Shown here: piece by piece, positions 10,704-20,375 of the stretch
Position numbering within the stretch: the stretch's first letter is position 1
How the letters are laid out: each line of letters begins with the position of its first letter
DNA from: an uncultured archaeon
GTDB lineage: Archaea; Asgardarchaeota; Heimdallarchaeia; Heimdallarchaeales; Heimdallarchaeaceae
Direction: 5' to 3'
Assembly (NCBI GenBank): GCA_964534625.1
Contig: CAZHRF010000004.1
Span: forward strand, 32,001 to 96,000
Length of the DNA: 64,000 bases
The notes under the pieces: generated by a model
Seen by the model: only the letters and a program-made list of their open reading frames with translations
Told to the model about the DNA's origin: nothing
Databases searched by the model: none
Program-made: the position numbers and the translations under genes

Positions 10704-12515
10704 ATGAATAAAAAAATAATTGTTAATCTACTTCTAGTGAGTATAACACTAAGTTTTCTTATGAGAATACCAGTAAGTAAAACGTTCCCATATGATGAAT
10801 CACAAGTAAATGGAAATATGGACAATGAAAATGATGCAAAGATAGATACACTTCCAATTAGGGATAATATACATGAAATAAATAATAGTTCCATTACTAC
10901 AGATTTACTTGACGAAGATAAGAGTTATAACAACGAATATGATAAATGTGACAAAAAAGCACAAGAACAACCAAAAAAACAACAAGAAAATGTAAACCTA
11001 TCCAACAAGCAAGATAGTACTAATATGGACAATACCGATATCACTACTAATACCTATGATGAAGAAGCGTTTGTATCACGATGGAACACGTCATTAACCA
11101 GTGATGTTTCAAGTGCAGAAAACCAAATAAAATTACCTTTACAAGAAAATGGAGACTATGCTTTTACTGTTGAATGGGGAGATGGAACAAATCATACCAT
11201 AACCACATGGAACCAATCAGAAATAATACATAATTATACCACGCCTGGAGTCTATACTCTCGTTATTAGTGGGAAAATAGAAGGATGGAGGTTTACCTCT
11301 GAAGGAGATAAATTGAAAATACTAGAGATTAGCCAATGGGGCACCTTACAGTTTAGAGATGGAGGGACATATTATTTTGGAGGATGTGAGAATCTTGTTC
11401 TTACTGCTACTGATGCACCAGATTTAACACAGACCACCTCTCTTAATGGGTTTTTTTCCAATTGTCCTAATTTAGGCGATCAAGGCGATATGAGTTTATG
11501 GGATACGTCAAATATAACGAATATGAAATCAATGTTTAAGTATTCTGATACTTTTAACCAGAATGTTTCTACATGGGACACGTCAAAAGTAACTACTATG
11601 CAGAGTATGTTTTATCATTGTTACGAGTTTAATTATTCTCTAGAACAATGGGATGTTTCCAATGTAAAATATATGGCTTGGATGTTTGCTAACGCATGGA
11701 GTTTTAATCAACCCTTAAATACATGGAATACCAGTCGGGTAATGGATATGGCTGTGATGTTTGCAAGTGCAATAAATTTTAATCAACCCTTGGATACATG
11801 GAATACCAGTCGGGTAAATGATATGACGGGAATGTTTGCTAATTGTTTATCTTTTGATCAAAATCTGGGTATGTGGAATATAGAAATTTTATGGTATGCA
11901 GAAGGTATGTTTACATTTTGTTCTTTATCTGTTGCTAATTATGATGCGTTATTAATAGGATGGGCAGCACAAGACCTTTCTTTTGCATTAAAGTGGGGAA
12001 TAGAAGTAAAATTTCATGGGGGATATTCAGAGTATAGTGAACAAGCGGTTGAAGCACGGAATAAATTAATTAATACGTATAAATGGGAGATTACAGATGG
12101 AGGGTTATATGATGATACACCACCTGTAATAACAGAGGTGAACCATACGCCTGTTGAACCAACAGAAGAAGATACACTCACTATTAACGCTACTGTTACC
12201 GATAACGTGGCACTGGAACACATAACCCTTTATTATGCTATTGATAATCAAAACTGGCAAAATACTTCCATGGTTACCTATGGTATCTCGTATACCGCTA
12301 CTATTGGTCCTTTTCCTGTTAATACCACCCTTTCGTATTATATTTATACTGAAGACACTAAAGCCAACAATGCTTCTAGTTCTATTGTTACTGTAACTAT
12401 TAGTGCTGTACCCGAAGAACCTACGCCTCCTCCCACTGCTACCGATTTTTCTTTCTTTCCTTTCCTCTCGCTATTACTTTTCTCTCTTCTCCCCCTCTAT
12501 AAGAGAAAACATTAA
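10704..12515 (+). CDS. BspA/DUF285-type surface LRR protein with PKD-like and Ig-like domains and C-terminal anchor
   Basis: Signal peptide; FTVEWGDG PKD-like motif; 25-aa FNQPLNTWNTSRVxDMxxMF repeats; Ig-like DDTPPVIT domain; TM + KRKH tail. Confidence 0.88.
   Translation: MNKKIIVNLLLVSITLSFLMRIPVSKTFPYDESQVNGNMDNENDAKIDTLPIRDNIHEINNSSITTDLLDEDKSYNNEYDKCDKKAQEQPKKQQENVNLSNKQDSTNMDNTDITTNTYDEEAFVSRWNTSLTSDVSSAENQIKLPLQENGDYAFTVEWGDGTNHTITTWNQSEIIHNYTTPGVYTLVISGKIEGWRFTSEGDKLKILEISQWGTLQFRDGGTYYFGGCENLVLTATDAPDLTQTTSLNGFFSNCPNLGDQGDMSLWDTSNITNMKSMFKYSDTFNQNVSTWDTSKVTTMQSMFYHCYEFNYSLEQWDVSNVKYMAWMFANAWSFNQPLNTWNTSRVMDMAVMFASAINFNQPLDTWNTSRVNDMTGMFANCLSFDQNLGMWNIEILWYAEGMFTFCSLSVANYDALLIGWAAQDLSFALKWGIEVKFHGGYSEYSEQAVEARNKLINTYKWEITDGGLYDDTPPVITEVNHTPVEPTEEDTLTINATVTDNVALEHITLYYAIDNQNWQNTSMVTYGISYTATIGPFPVNTTLSYYIYTEDTKANNASSSIVTVTISAVPEEPTPPPTATDFSFFPFLSLLLFSLLPLYKRKH
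11702..11839 (+). repeat. 75-bp near-identical tandem DUF285 units
   Basis: ttttaatcaaccctt..atacatggaataccagtcgggtaa..gatatg at 11702 and 11777. Confidence 0.85.
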
Positions 12516-12864
12516 CCTTTATTTTTTTCTTCCTTTTTTTCTATTTTTATTGAAGTTTAAAACAAGTAATGGGGATTTTCTCACTCGTATTTTTTCAGTG
12601 CGTTCTCTGTTCATTTTCTTTTTCTGTCATCATTACGGGGGGAAATTTAAGTGTTTATGTGATTCTTTATTGTTTTTCTCCCTTTGACTTTTTTCTTTAT
12701 TGTCGCTTTACTAACGGGGTAAAATTCCTTTTTATTCTATTTTTTTTGTTTTTTTAGTATTCTTTAATAAAATACTTTAAATAATGCTCTAGTCCAAATT
12801 TATGGATATTTCCATGTAGTTAAATTTATATATAACACCCCCCTTTTAAAGGTATAAACAGACC

Positions 12865-14823
12865 ATGATTAAAGCTGATACTAGAGCGAAAAGTTCACTT
12901 CTGAATAAAGCATATCTAATGCTTAAATACCAATATGTTAAAGATCTTCATGAATTTTCTCCAGGATCATCTTTAATTGATTATCTTCCCTCTAACTTTT
13001 CCGTTGAAAATCGTTTTCTTCTTTCATTATGTGATAAAAAAAGTTCTATTACTACTTCACTATCCGCTGCGATTTTAGATGATTTAATTGACAAAGCAGA
13101 GATAGAATATACTCATATTAGTTTTAATCCCAAATCCAAAGGCCAATTTTTTACAAATTCTGAAGTTGTAAAACTATTTTATAAGTATCTTTTCTCTTGT
13201 CTTCCTACAGATAGTACATATATCGATCTAACTATAGGAAAAGGAGATTTTTTATTCCCTTTTCTTTCTTCTTCCAATTTATTTTATGGCATCGAAAAAG
13301 ATCCTCTTGTGTATGAATATCTATTATACGATCTTCTGCTCAATCCAATTCTCACTTTCAACCAGAAAGCGTTGCTTTTCTTGACTATCAAACAAGGAGA
13401 TACCTTGTTGGGTTTGAATAAAGACAAAGCCTTATCAGCTATAAATGAAATAGGAATGGAAAAATTTATCCAATTATTGAACCTTAGGAAAATGCTTCTT
13501 TCCTCTCCTTCTCCTGTTTCAATTCAGTATCTTAGACAGTATGATTCTTTATCTTCACTTTTTAGCTCATTTACTGGCTTTAACTTTTTCCTCTCCTTCC
13601 CTGAGCGGTTCTATAATGAGAAAACAAAAAAGTTTTCCGTGTGTAGCACCTTCGATTACGTTGTTGGCAATCCTCCTTGGTTGAGCTATATGAAATTCGA
13701 TAAGACTCACACCCAGAATCTGATAGATTTTGCTTTCGATACTTATCTCTATGGGAAGTATAATTACGCTTTACCTTTTAGCATTCTCGGTTTTGAAATG
13801 ACCAAAAAAAAGGGAGGGTTAATTCTTCCTTTGGGTATGTTAACTGAAACATATGCGCATAAATGGAGAGAAAAACTGTTTAAGACAGCTTCAGTCAAAA
13901 AAATAATTCTTAATTCGGAGAATAACTGGTTTGAAGACATTTCTAACGAGTATTCACTTGTCTTATGGGAAAAGGAAAAATCAACTAATAGTTTTACTCT
14001 TTCCTCTTTATCTGATAGAAGAGAATTAGAGATAAACTCTAACTCTCCTTTATTTAACAAGCCTATTAAGATCCCCCTTATTCCTAAAAAATATTTCAAT
14101 GAACTTACACCTTACTTACTGAAGACCAAACGTTTATCTGATTATTGTTTAATTCGTCGAGGATTAACTCTCTCCCGGAAGTATCAAAACCAGTATAATT
14201 TGATGGATTTGGATGAGATAAATATGCCTATTAAACCTTTGATTAAATCCAACCGTAGTGTTTCTGTTTCTTCTAATGAAAGAAGAAGAAACGTTGAAGG
14301 TATATTTAACTATCAACTTTTTTATAATGGTAGAATGTTTGTTTATGACAAAGAGTTACTGGGCTCAGCTGGGTCCATTGATTTATTTGAGCAACCAAAA
14401 ATTGTTCGCAGGAATCGTGGTAGAAAATGGATAATTGCTCTTGACAAAGTAGGCTACTACTTCAATGATATTTTTGATTTATTTCTCCCTACTGCTAATT
14501 TGACCATAAACCAGCTGTTTGGCTATTTATTATCCTCTTGGATCCATTATTTAACTGAGAATTACATCCAGCGAGACATTACAAGTAATTTTGTTCGAGA
14601 TTTACCTGTTTTATCACTATCTAAATCTGAATGGAAGACAATTGGACATATTGTTACTGCTTTTTTAGATGAAGCTGAAAACACTTTTATTGATTTAAAA
14701 GAAGTACAAACTACCCAAGAAAATATCGATAAAATTATTTTCGACCACCTAAATATTAGTTCAAAATTTCAAGAGGAAATAATAAAAGAAACCGCTTTAA
14801 ACTGGTTTATGGTTAATGATTAA
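12865..14823 (+). CDS. N6-adenine DNA methyltransferase (Eco57I/TaqI-like gamma class), apparently orphan
   Basis: KGQFFT motif X, IDLTIGKGDFL motif I, YVVGNPPW motif IV, and FEQPKIVRR TaqI-like C-terminal region. Confidence 0.82.
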   Translation: MIKADTRAKSSLLNKAYLMLKYQYVKDLHEFSPGSSLIDYLPSNFSVENRFLLSLCDKKSSITTSLSAAILDDLIDKAEIEYTHISFNPKSKGQFFTNSEVVKLFYKYLFSCLPTDSTYIDLTIGKGDFLFPFLSSSNLFYGIEKDPLVYEYLLYDLLLNPILTFNQKALLFLTIKQGDTLLGLNKDKALSAINEIGMEKFIQLLNLRKMLLSSPSPVSIQYLRQYDSLSSLFSSFTGFNFFLSFPERFYNEKTKKFSVCSTFDYVVGNPPWLSYMKFDKTHTQNLIDFAFDTYLYGKYNYALPFSILGFEMTKKKGGLILPLGMLTETYAHKWREKLFKTASVKKIILNSENNWFEDISNEYSLVLWEKEKSTNSFTLSSLSDRRELEINSNSPLFNKPIKIPLIPKKYFNELTPYLLKTKRLSDYCLIRRGLTLSRKYQNQYNLMDLDEINMPIKPLIKSNRSVSVSSNERRRNVEGIFNYQLFYNGRMFVYDKELLGSAGSIDLFEQPKIVRRNRGRKWIIALDKVGYYFNDIFDLFLPTANLTINQLFGYLLSSWIHYLTENYIQRDITSNFVRDLPVLSLSKSEWKTIGHIVTAFLDEAENTFIDLKEVQTTQENIDKIIFDHLNISSKFQEEIIKETALNWFMVND

Positions 14824-14935
14824 ATCGTATTAATCGCAACTAATCTGTTTTAATACCGCTAGGTATAGTTTCTATATTTTAATTTAATGTTTTCATTAAA
14901 GTAATCTTCTTATATGAGCATAACCCATTTCACTT

Positions 14936-15436
14936 ATGATTGCATTTGATTTTGAAATAATCACATATATTTTACTTGGGAGCATTATATTCTTTCAAAT
15001 TTTAACATTAATTTTTATAATAGCTTTTCGAGTAAAAAAAGAAGGACCTATAATCGAATTCCTTAACCCGCAATTAGAAAATATTTTATTTAGAGCTAAC
15101 ACACGTTCATTTCAAATTTCATACACACAACGGAATAGAGGTAATTTAGCCACACAACTAGCATATGAGGTTAGTTTAGTTTTAATCTTTGATAAAGAAG
15201 AACATGAATCAGAGTTTCATAGCGAAAAATGCTACATTATACCTGGACAAGTTGAGCACAAAGAAGTCCTGCTAAATTTTATACGTTTACCTGGTCGACC
15301 TAGACTTGCTAGATTCGTATTAAAAGGTAGTTATTATAATTTAGATGACAACAAAATCGAGTTTGAAGAGCGGTTTAGACTCAAGGTTGATCAAGCAAAA
15401 TATGACGAATCAAGCTTCATACCAAAAATAGGATAG
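14936..15436 (+). CDS. Hypothetical protein, N-terminal TM helix plus beta-rich domain
   Basis: 166-aa ORF with a hydrophobic N-terminus. Confidence 0.65.
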   Translation: MIAFDFEIITYILLGSIIFFQILTLIFIIAFRVKKEGPIIEFLNPQLENILFRANTRSFQISYTQRNRGNLATQLAYEVSLVLIFDKEEHESEFHSEKCYIIPGQVEHKEVLLNFIRLPGRPRLARFVLKGSYYNLDDNKIEFEERFRLKVDQAKYDESSFIPKIG

Positions 15437-15473
15437 AATTATTCTTACCCTCTTTATTTTTAATAGAACCTTT

Positions 15474-16427
15474 TTATTTATTTATCGACTCTTTCTTATA
15501 CACTTTTTTTATTGTGTATAATTTTTCAGTTTTTATATTATGCCTTACAATCAACTCTCCAAGCATACCTGTAAAGAAAAATTGAAATCCTGAAATCATT
15601 AAGAGGGCTGTTAATGTAACTAATGGCCTATGTCCAATTGGTCTATAATAATAGAATTTTTCTATTAATAAATAGATTCCAAAACCTAGAGAGCTCAATA
15701 TACAAACCATTCCGAAGCAGAAGAAGAGCCTAAGTGGTCTTTCTCCATGCGTAAACAATATTCTAAAACTAAATAAATCTATCAACCCTTTAAAAAGACG
15801 AGTAAAACCATATTTTGTTTTTCCACTTTGTCTTTCTCTATGATTCACTTTTACTTCTGTGATTTTAAATCCTCGATTAGCCAATATAGCGGGCACAAAA
15901 CGATGATCTCCTTTTAATAGAATCAAATCTTCTACTGCATCCCTCCGATAGGCTCTAAAATTACAATCATTATCGTGAATTTTCACTCCATTCAATAGAC
16001 GATTTAATAAGTTATAAATTAAAGAAGGAACTCGTTTGATGAAAAAGGGATCTCGTCTAACCTTACGCCATCCACAAACAACGTCAATTTTTGGTTTAAG
16101 AGCTTCAAGCATTTTTGGTATATCGTGTGGATCATCTTGCAGATCTCCATCCATTGTGATAATAATGTCTCCTTTGGCATGATTGAACCCCGCTGTCATA
16201 GCTGCTGATTTTTGAAAGTTATGTCGCAACTCGATAAGAGTTAAAATACTATTTTCATCCTGTTTAAGCAATTGCACTAAATTTTCAACAGTATTATCTG
16301 TTGAACCATCATCGACAAAAACAATCTCATAATCTTGCTCTATCGTAGTTAATACCCCAACAAGCTGATTATAAAGAGGGACAACATTATCTTGCTCATT
16401 TTTAACAGGAATAATTATGGAAATCAT
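15474..16427 (-). CDS. GT2 polyprenol-phosphate glycosyltransferase (ArnC/DPM1-like)
   Basis: ISIIIPVKNE, VDDGSTD, MDGDLQDDP, HRERQSGKTKYG and two C-terminal TMs. Confidence 0.92.
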   Translation of the reverse strand: MISIIIPVKNEQDNVVPLYNQLVGVLTTIEQDYEIVFVDDGSTDNTVENLVQLLKQDENSILTLIELRHNFQKSAAMTAGFNHAKGDIIITMDGDLQDDPHDIPKMLEALKPKIDVVCGWRKVRRDPFFIKRVPSLIYNLLNRLLNGVKIHDNDCNFRAYRRDAVEDLILLKGDHRFVPAILANRGFKITEVKVNHRERQSGKTKYGFTRLFKGLIDLFSFRILFTHGERPLRLFFCFGMVCILSSLGFGIYLLIEKFYYYRPIGHRPLVTLTALLMISGFQFFFTGMLGELIVRHNIKTEKLYTIKKVYKKESINK

Positions 16428-16633
16428 TTATAATGAAAAAAGAAAGATTCCTTTTATAATCTTTATGACTTGAATGCTAAAAAAAAGCAAACAAATATGG
16501 ACAAAAATATATTTCCACAATTGTTATTCTATGCTAACCATCGATTTTTTTTGGTCCTGCATGTGATTTGTAGTGACCTTTAGGTAATCAATGTATCAAC
16601 AGACTTATATTTTCTCTCTAGCTGCAGTTAATT

Positions 16634-18541
16634 GTGAAATCAAAAGATTCCTATTACCGTATACTCAATAGAATTGAAAGAAATAATATGAGTTTATCAA
16701 AAGACTATCATGAGATATTAAACTATTGTATAAAAAAATTTACTGAAATGATTAAAAAATCTGCTCTGAGAGAAAAAGTAAAGCATTTGGGACAAAAAAT
16801 AGGGGGGAAAGATTCAACGCTTGTTGAAGTTCAACAAATGATAAAAAAGCAATTAGTTGATTTTTCTTTAGATGAAGAAGATTCAACAATCTCTATTACT
16901 CCTTATCACTTATCTTTCTTTTATTTAAACAAAATAAAAAACGAAAAAGCTAAAGGACAATTCAGCACACCCAAATATCTGGCTGATTATCTTGTTAAAA
17001 ACAGTTTAAACATATTTTCAGAAAGGCAAATAGGAAAACAGAATTTATCTGATTTCTGTAAAAACATTAGTTGTGCGGATATAGCGTGTGGAACAGGTAA
17101 CCTCATTATGGCCCTTCTTTATGCCCTTAAAAACAATACACAATCATCTCATCTCCTACTTTATTTTATTATCAATAATCTTTATGGCTATGATATAGAT
17201 CAAGAAGTATTAATGCTATGTCTAATTCGGATATATTGTTTTATTGATAGACATATAGCAAAAAAAGGCATTAAAATAACAGAGAAAGATTTAGAGAGTG
17301 TAGAAAATCATTTTCAACAGTGTAATATTCTAATCGATAAAGAAACTGAAAATGATTTACCATCCTCGGATAATTTTTTTCACGAACTACCTCCGGAATT
17401 AAAAGAACAGAAATATGATTTAATAATAGAAAATCCGCCTTTTATGATCTATGGGCTTAGAAATAGTCAAAACTATAAAAATTCTTTCAAGAAATACCTT
17501 AGAGAAAGATTTGAAGTAGCAGAGTACAAATTGCCTCTTTATCCAATCTTTATGCAAAGATCCATCGAGTTATTAAAAAAAGACGGTATATTAACAATTA
17601 TCACCCCTGATTCATACTTATTAGGTCGTTACTATTCTAAAATACGCAAATATATTTTGGAAAAAGCTTCTATCGCAGAAATAACACTTTTGGATTTTGA
17701 ACCTTTTCATAATGTAACTTTAGGGCGAACTGTATTAACTTTTTTAAGCAGAGAGAAAAAACAACACAATTCTTTCATAGCAAAATGGTATGATAATTCT
17801 GAAGACTTTTTGAACAAACAAGGAGAACAACTCATGAATATTCAAAACGATTTACAATTGAACCATTTACAAAGATTTCAATTGTTTTTCACTGACGAAG
17901 ATAAAATATATGTCCAAAACTGGTTCAATAATACCTCAAAAAAACTAGAAGATATTGTTACTATACATACAGGTATCAGGAGCAAAATTGGACAAAAAAA
18001 CATCATTTCTAAAAAGAAAAAAGGCCCCTCATGGAGTAAAGGAATAGTATCAAGTAAACAAATCATTCCATATAAAACAGTGTATCAAGATCATTATATC
18101 GATCTAAACCCTACCAGCCTTTGGAGTGGAGGCTACAAGAAAGAAATAATTAAGCAGCCTAAATTACTGATTCGGCAAACAGGTGACTCAATTTATGCAT
18201 GTTATGATGATCAAGGTTTATATCACTTGAATAATTGCCATTCTATCTCATCAAAGACACCTAAAGTTAATCTAAAAGCCTTAGCAGTCCAACTAAACTC
18301 TGTTGAGTTTAACAAGCTGTATCATATTTTGAGTATGGAAAAAGGGAGAACACTAGCACAAGTAGATATTGATTTCCTTTTAAAAATGCCCTATATTCAA
18401 TTGACAAAAGAACAAGAGAAAAAATTAGCCAATTATTATAATGAACAAACACATAAAGACCTTGTTCATTTGAAAAAATCTCGGACATATCTTTCTAATT
18501 TGTTGGAGAAAGAATGGATAACAAAAAAATATATATTATGA
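16634..18541 (+). CDS. N6-adenine DNA methyltransferase (Eco57I/TaqI-like gamma class), apparently orphan
   Basis: KGQFSTP, DIACGTGNL, YGYDID, LIIENPPF, and QPKLLIRQTGD TaqI-like C-terminal domain. Confidence 0.88.
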   Translation: MKSKDSYYRILNRIERNNMSLSKDYHEILNYCIKKFTEMIKKSALREKVKHLGQKIGGKDSTLVEVQQMIKKQLVDFSLDEEDSTISITPYHLSFFYLNKIKNEKAKGQFSTPKYLADYLVKNSLNIFSERQIGKQNLSDFCKNISCADIACGTGNLIMALLYALKNNTQSSHLLLYFIINNLYGYDIDQEVLMLCLIRIYCFIDRHIAKKGIKITEKDLESVENHFQQCNILIDKETENDLPSSDNFFHELPPELKEQKYDLIIENPPFMIYGLRNSQNYKNSFKKYLRERFEVAEYKLPLYPIFMQRSIELLKKDGILTIITPDSYLLGRYYSKIRKYILEKASIAEITLLDFEPFHNVTLGRTVLTFLSREKKQHNSFIAKWYDNSEDFLNKQGEQLMNIQNDLQLNHLQRFQLFFTDEDKIYVQNWFNNTSKKLEDIVTIHTGIRSKIGQKNIISKKKKGPSWSKGIVSSKQIIPYKTVYQDHYIDLNPTSLWSGGYKKEIIKQPKLLIRQTGDSIYACYDDQGLYHLNNCHSISSKTPKVNLKALAVQLNSVEFNKLYHILSMEKGRTLAQVDIDFLLKMPYIQLTKEQEKKLANYYNEQTHKDLVHLKKSRTYLSNLLEKEWITKKYIL

Positions 18542-18573
18542 GCTAATAATTTGGTCTATAGAGGATTAATAAA

Positions 18574-19611
18574 ATGATAGATTTTTTAGAAGCAATAATT
18601 CCTTATATCTCTGGGCTTTATACGCTCCCTTGGATCCTTGTTGGTTTTTTAGTTACTTATTTGGTTTCATTAAAGGTTGAAAGAAAGAAAATAGATCGAG
18701 TGATGAAGAAAATAGGCTTAATACTCCTTTACTTTTTTGTACCTGTTCTTGTTTTCAGAATTTTTTTGAACACCCAAATGGGTGCAGAGGAGATTATGCT
18801 TATTGGATTGATTGTTTTTGTACTTATTATTACATATGGAACCGCTGTTATTTATGCTCTTTTATCAAAACCAAATGATAAACAATATTTGAAAACCGTT
18901 TTGGCTAATCAGGGGAGATCAACAGCATTCATAGGCGGAGCATTATTGGGAATCTCTCATTGGGCGCTTCCCACAGCTATTTTTATAGCATTTAGTGGTA
19001 TTTCAATTTTTGCGATTATTCCTTTCATCCTAACAACAATAAATGATGAGAACATTTCTGAAAAAGAAAAACATCAAGCTGTATTTCCATTAATTTTAAG
19101 AATCTATCCTTGGTATTTTATTACTCTTGGAGCAATCATTCCAATCAGTATTCAAAAAGCAATAGGTGGGGTACCAGATCTAGGTAACTTTGGAACTCTC
19201 TTGCATTTTTATACAGCATTAACAATCCCTGCAGCTTTGTTTTATGTTGGAGCAGGTATCAGCCCTAGTGATCTAAAAATTGATGAGCTAAAGAAAATTA
19301 TGTGTACTAATGAAAATAAAGCAGAAGAGCATTGGGTTTGGGTACAAAAGATGCTTTTGCTACTAGTAATAGTCACTCCCCTCTTAAATGGTTTAATTTT
19401 TGGCCTATTGCTTCTTTTTAATATTATCACCAAAGCATGGTTTTCAGTAATTATTATCAACGCTCTCTTACCTGTAACCAGTACAAATATGTTTTTATTA
19501 CCATATGGATTAAACAAAAAAGCAACAGCTCATGTCATTACGTGGAGCACCTTAATCTGTGTCCCTATTGTTATTGTATTAATCACAATATTAAGCGGAT
19601 GGTCTGGTTAA
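18574..19611 (+). CDS. AEC-family-like membrane transporter
   Basis: About 10 TMs; YFFVPVLVF, TIPAALFYVGAG, ALLPVTSTNMFL and ITWSTLICVP motifs. Confidence 0.72.
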   Translation: MIDFLEAIIPYISGLYTLPWILVGFLVTYLVSLKVERKKIDRVMKKIGLILLYFFVPVLVFRIFLNTQMGAEEIMLIGLIVFVLIITYGTAVIYALLSKPNDKQYLKTVLANQGRSTAFIGGALLGISHWALPTAIFIAFSGISIFAIIPFILTTINDENISEKEKHQAVFPLILRIYPWYFITLGAIIPISIQKAIGGVPDLGNFGTLLHFYTALTIPAALFYVGAGISPSDLKIDELKKIMCTNENKAEEHWVWVQKMLLLLVIVTPLLNGLIFGLLLLFNIITKAWFSVIIINALLPVTSTNMFLLPYGLNKKATAHVITWSTLICVPIVIVLITILSGWSG

Positions 19612-19978
19612 TAAAAGGATCTAGCTCTTGTTTATTATCAAGAGTATACATTCTCTATTATTAGCCAAATTAAAATGAAATGCCCAAATCTGCTAAAGGC
19701 GTTAAATACGCAAACACAGTCAATCCTAGGCTAATGAAAATACTAAATATAGACAATACTAGAGCTGTTTGGGTGAATTTATTATGTTTTTCATTTTTAC
19801 GTATTTGGTGTTTTTGGGTATTTGAGTATATCTTTTGTCATTTGATCTCCGATAGTAAATAAGGGTAGGTTTAAAATCGGATGGTTCCATTTGCAATTTC
19901 ATACCTCTTTACTACTACTAACCTAGGTATGTAATTAGTATTTAAAACGTATATTTTAGTTCGATTTCGGAAATTTTT

Positions 19979-20215
19979 TTAGAAACTTCCCTTGCAACAA
20001 TTTTCTTCAACAGTTTTACAGTCTTTAACTGTTATGAGTTTTAATCGGTATCTTCCTCCTATATAAGAAAGTTTTTCCCCACTAAGAAATTCTTTTTCTA
20101 AGGGGGGTTCTTCTATTTGTTTAAATAGCAGTTGCTTCTCAAGGATCCAAGAAGCTTTACGTTTAACTATTTCAGCAAAACGATAAATACTAGCTTCTAA
20201 AATAAACGGAAACTT
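19979..20215 (-). pseudogene. Fragment of a DUF45/YgjP-like (M48-type) metallopeptidase gene
   Basis: Manual translation: EIVKRKASWILEKQLLFKQIEEPPLEKEFLSGEKLSYIGGRYRLK; no start and no HExxH region. Confidence 0.65.
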
Positions 20216-20375
20216 ACAAATCGAAAGAAATAATCAGTCATTATCAAAATATTAGAAGAAGATGGGTTAGATTTCGGAAATTTTTTAAGGTATTTTCTGA
20301 AGGTTGTAAAAAGTATCTAAGTTGTGTATACCACAAATATTTACAATTATACAACTTCATATTGGAGTTCATAAT

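Noticed and set aside
12403-12757. Phe-rich ORFs 12403..12687 and 12569..12757
   Set aside because: Products of poly-T low-complexity intergenic DNA.
19615-19862. ORF 19680..19862 (+) and a broken minus-strand reading (ggag SD, MTKDILKYP.. then a hydrophobic stretch)
   Set aside because: Possibly a decayed small membrane gene, but too fragmentary to assign.
19960-19972. gttcgatttc as a tRNA T-loop
   Set aside because: No cloverleaf stems or GC-rich context around it.
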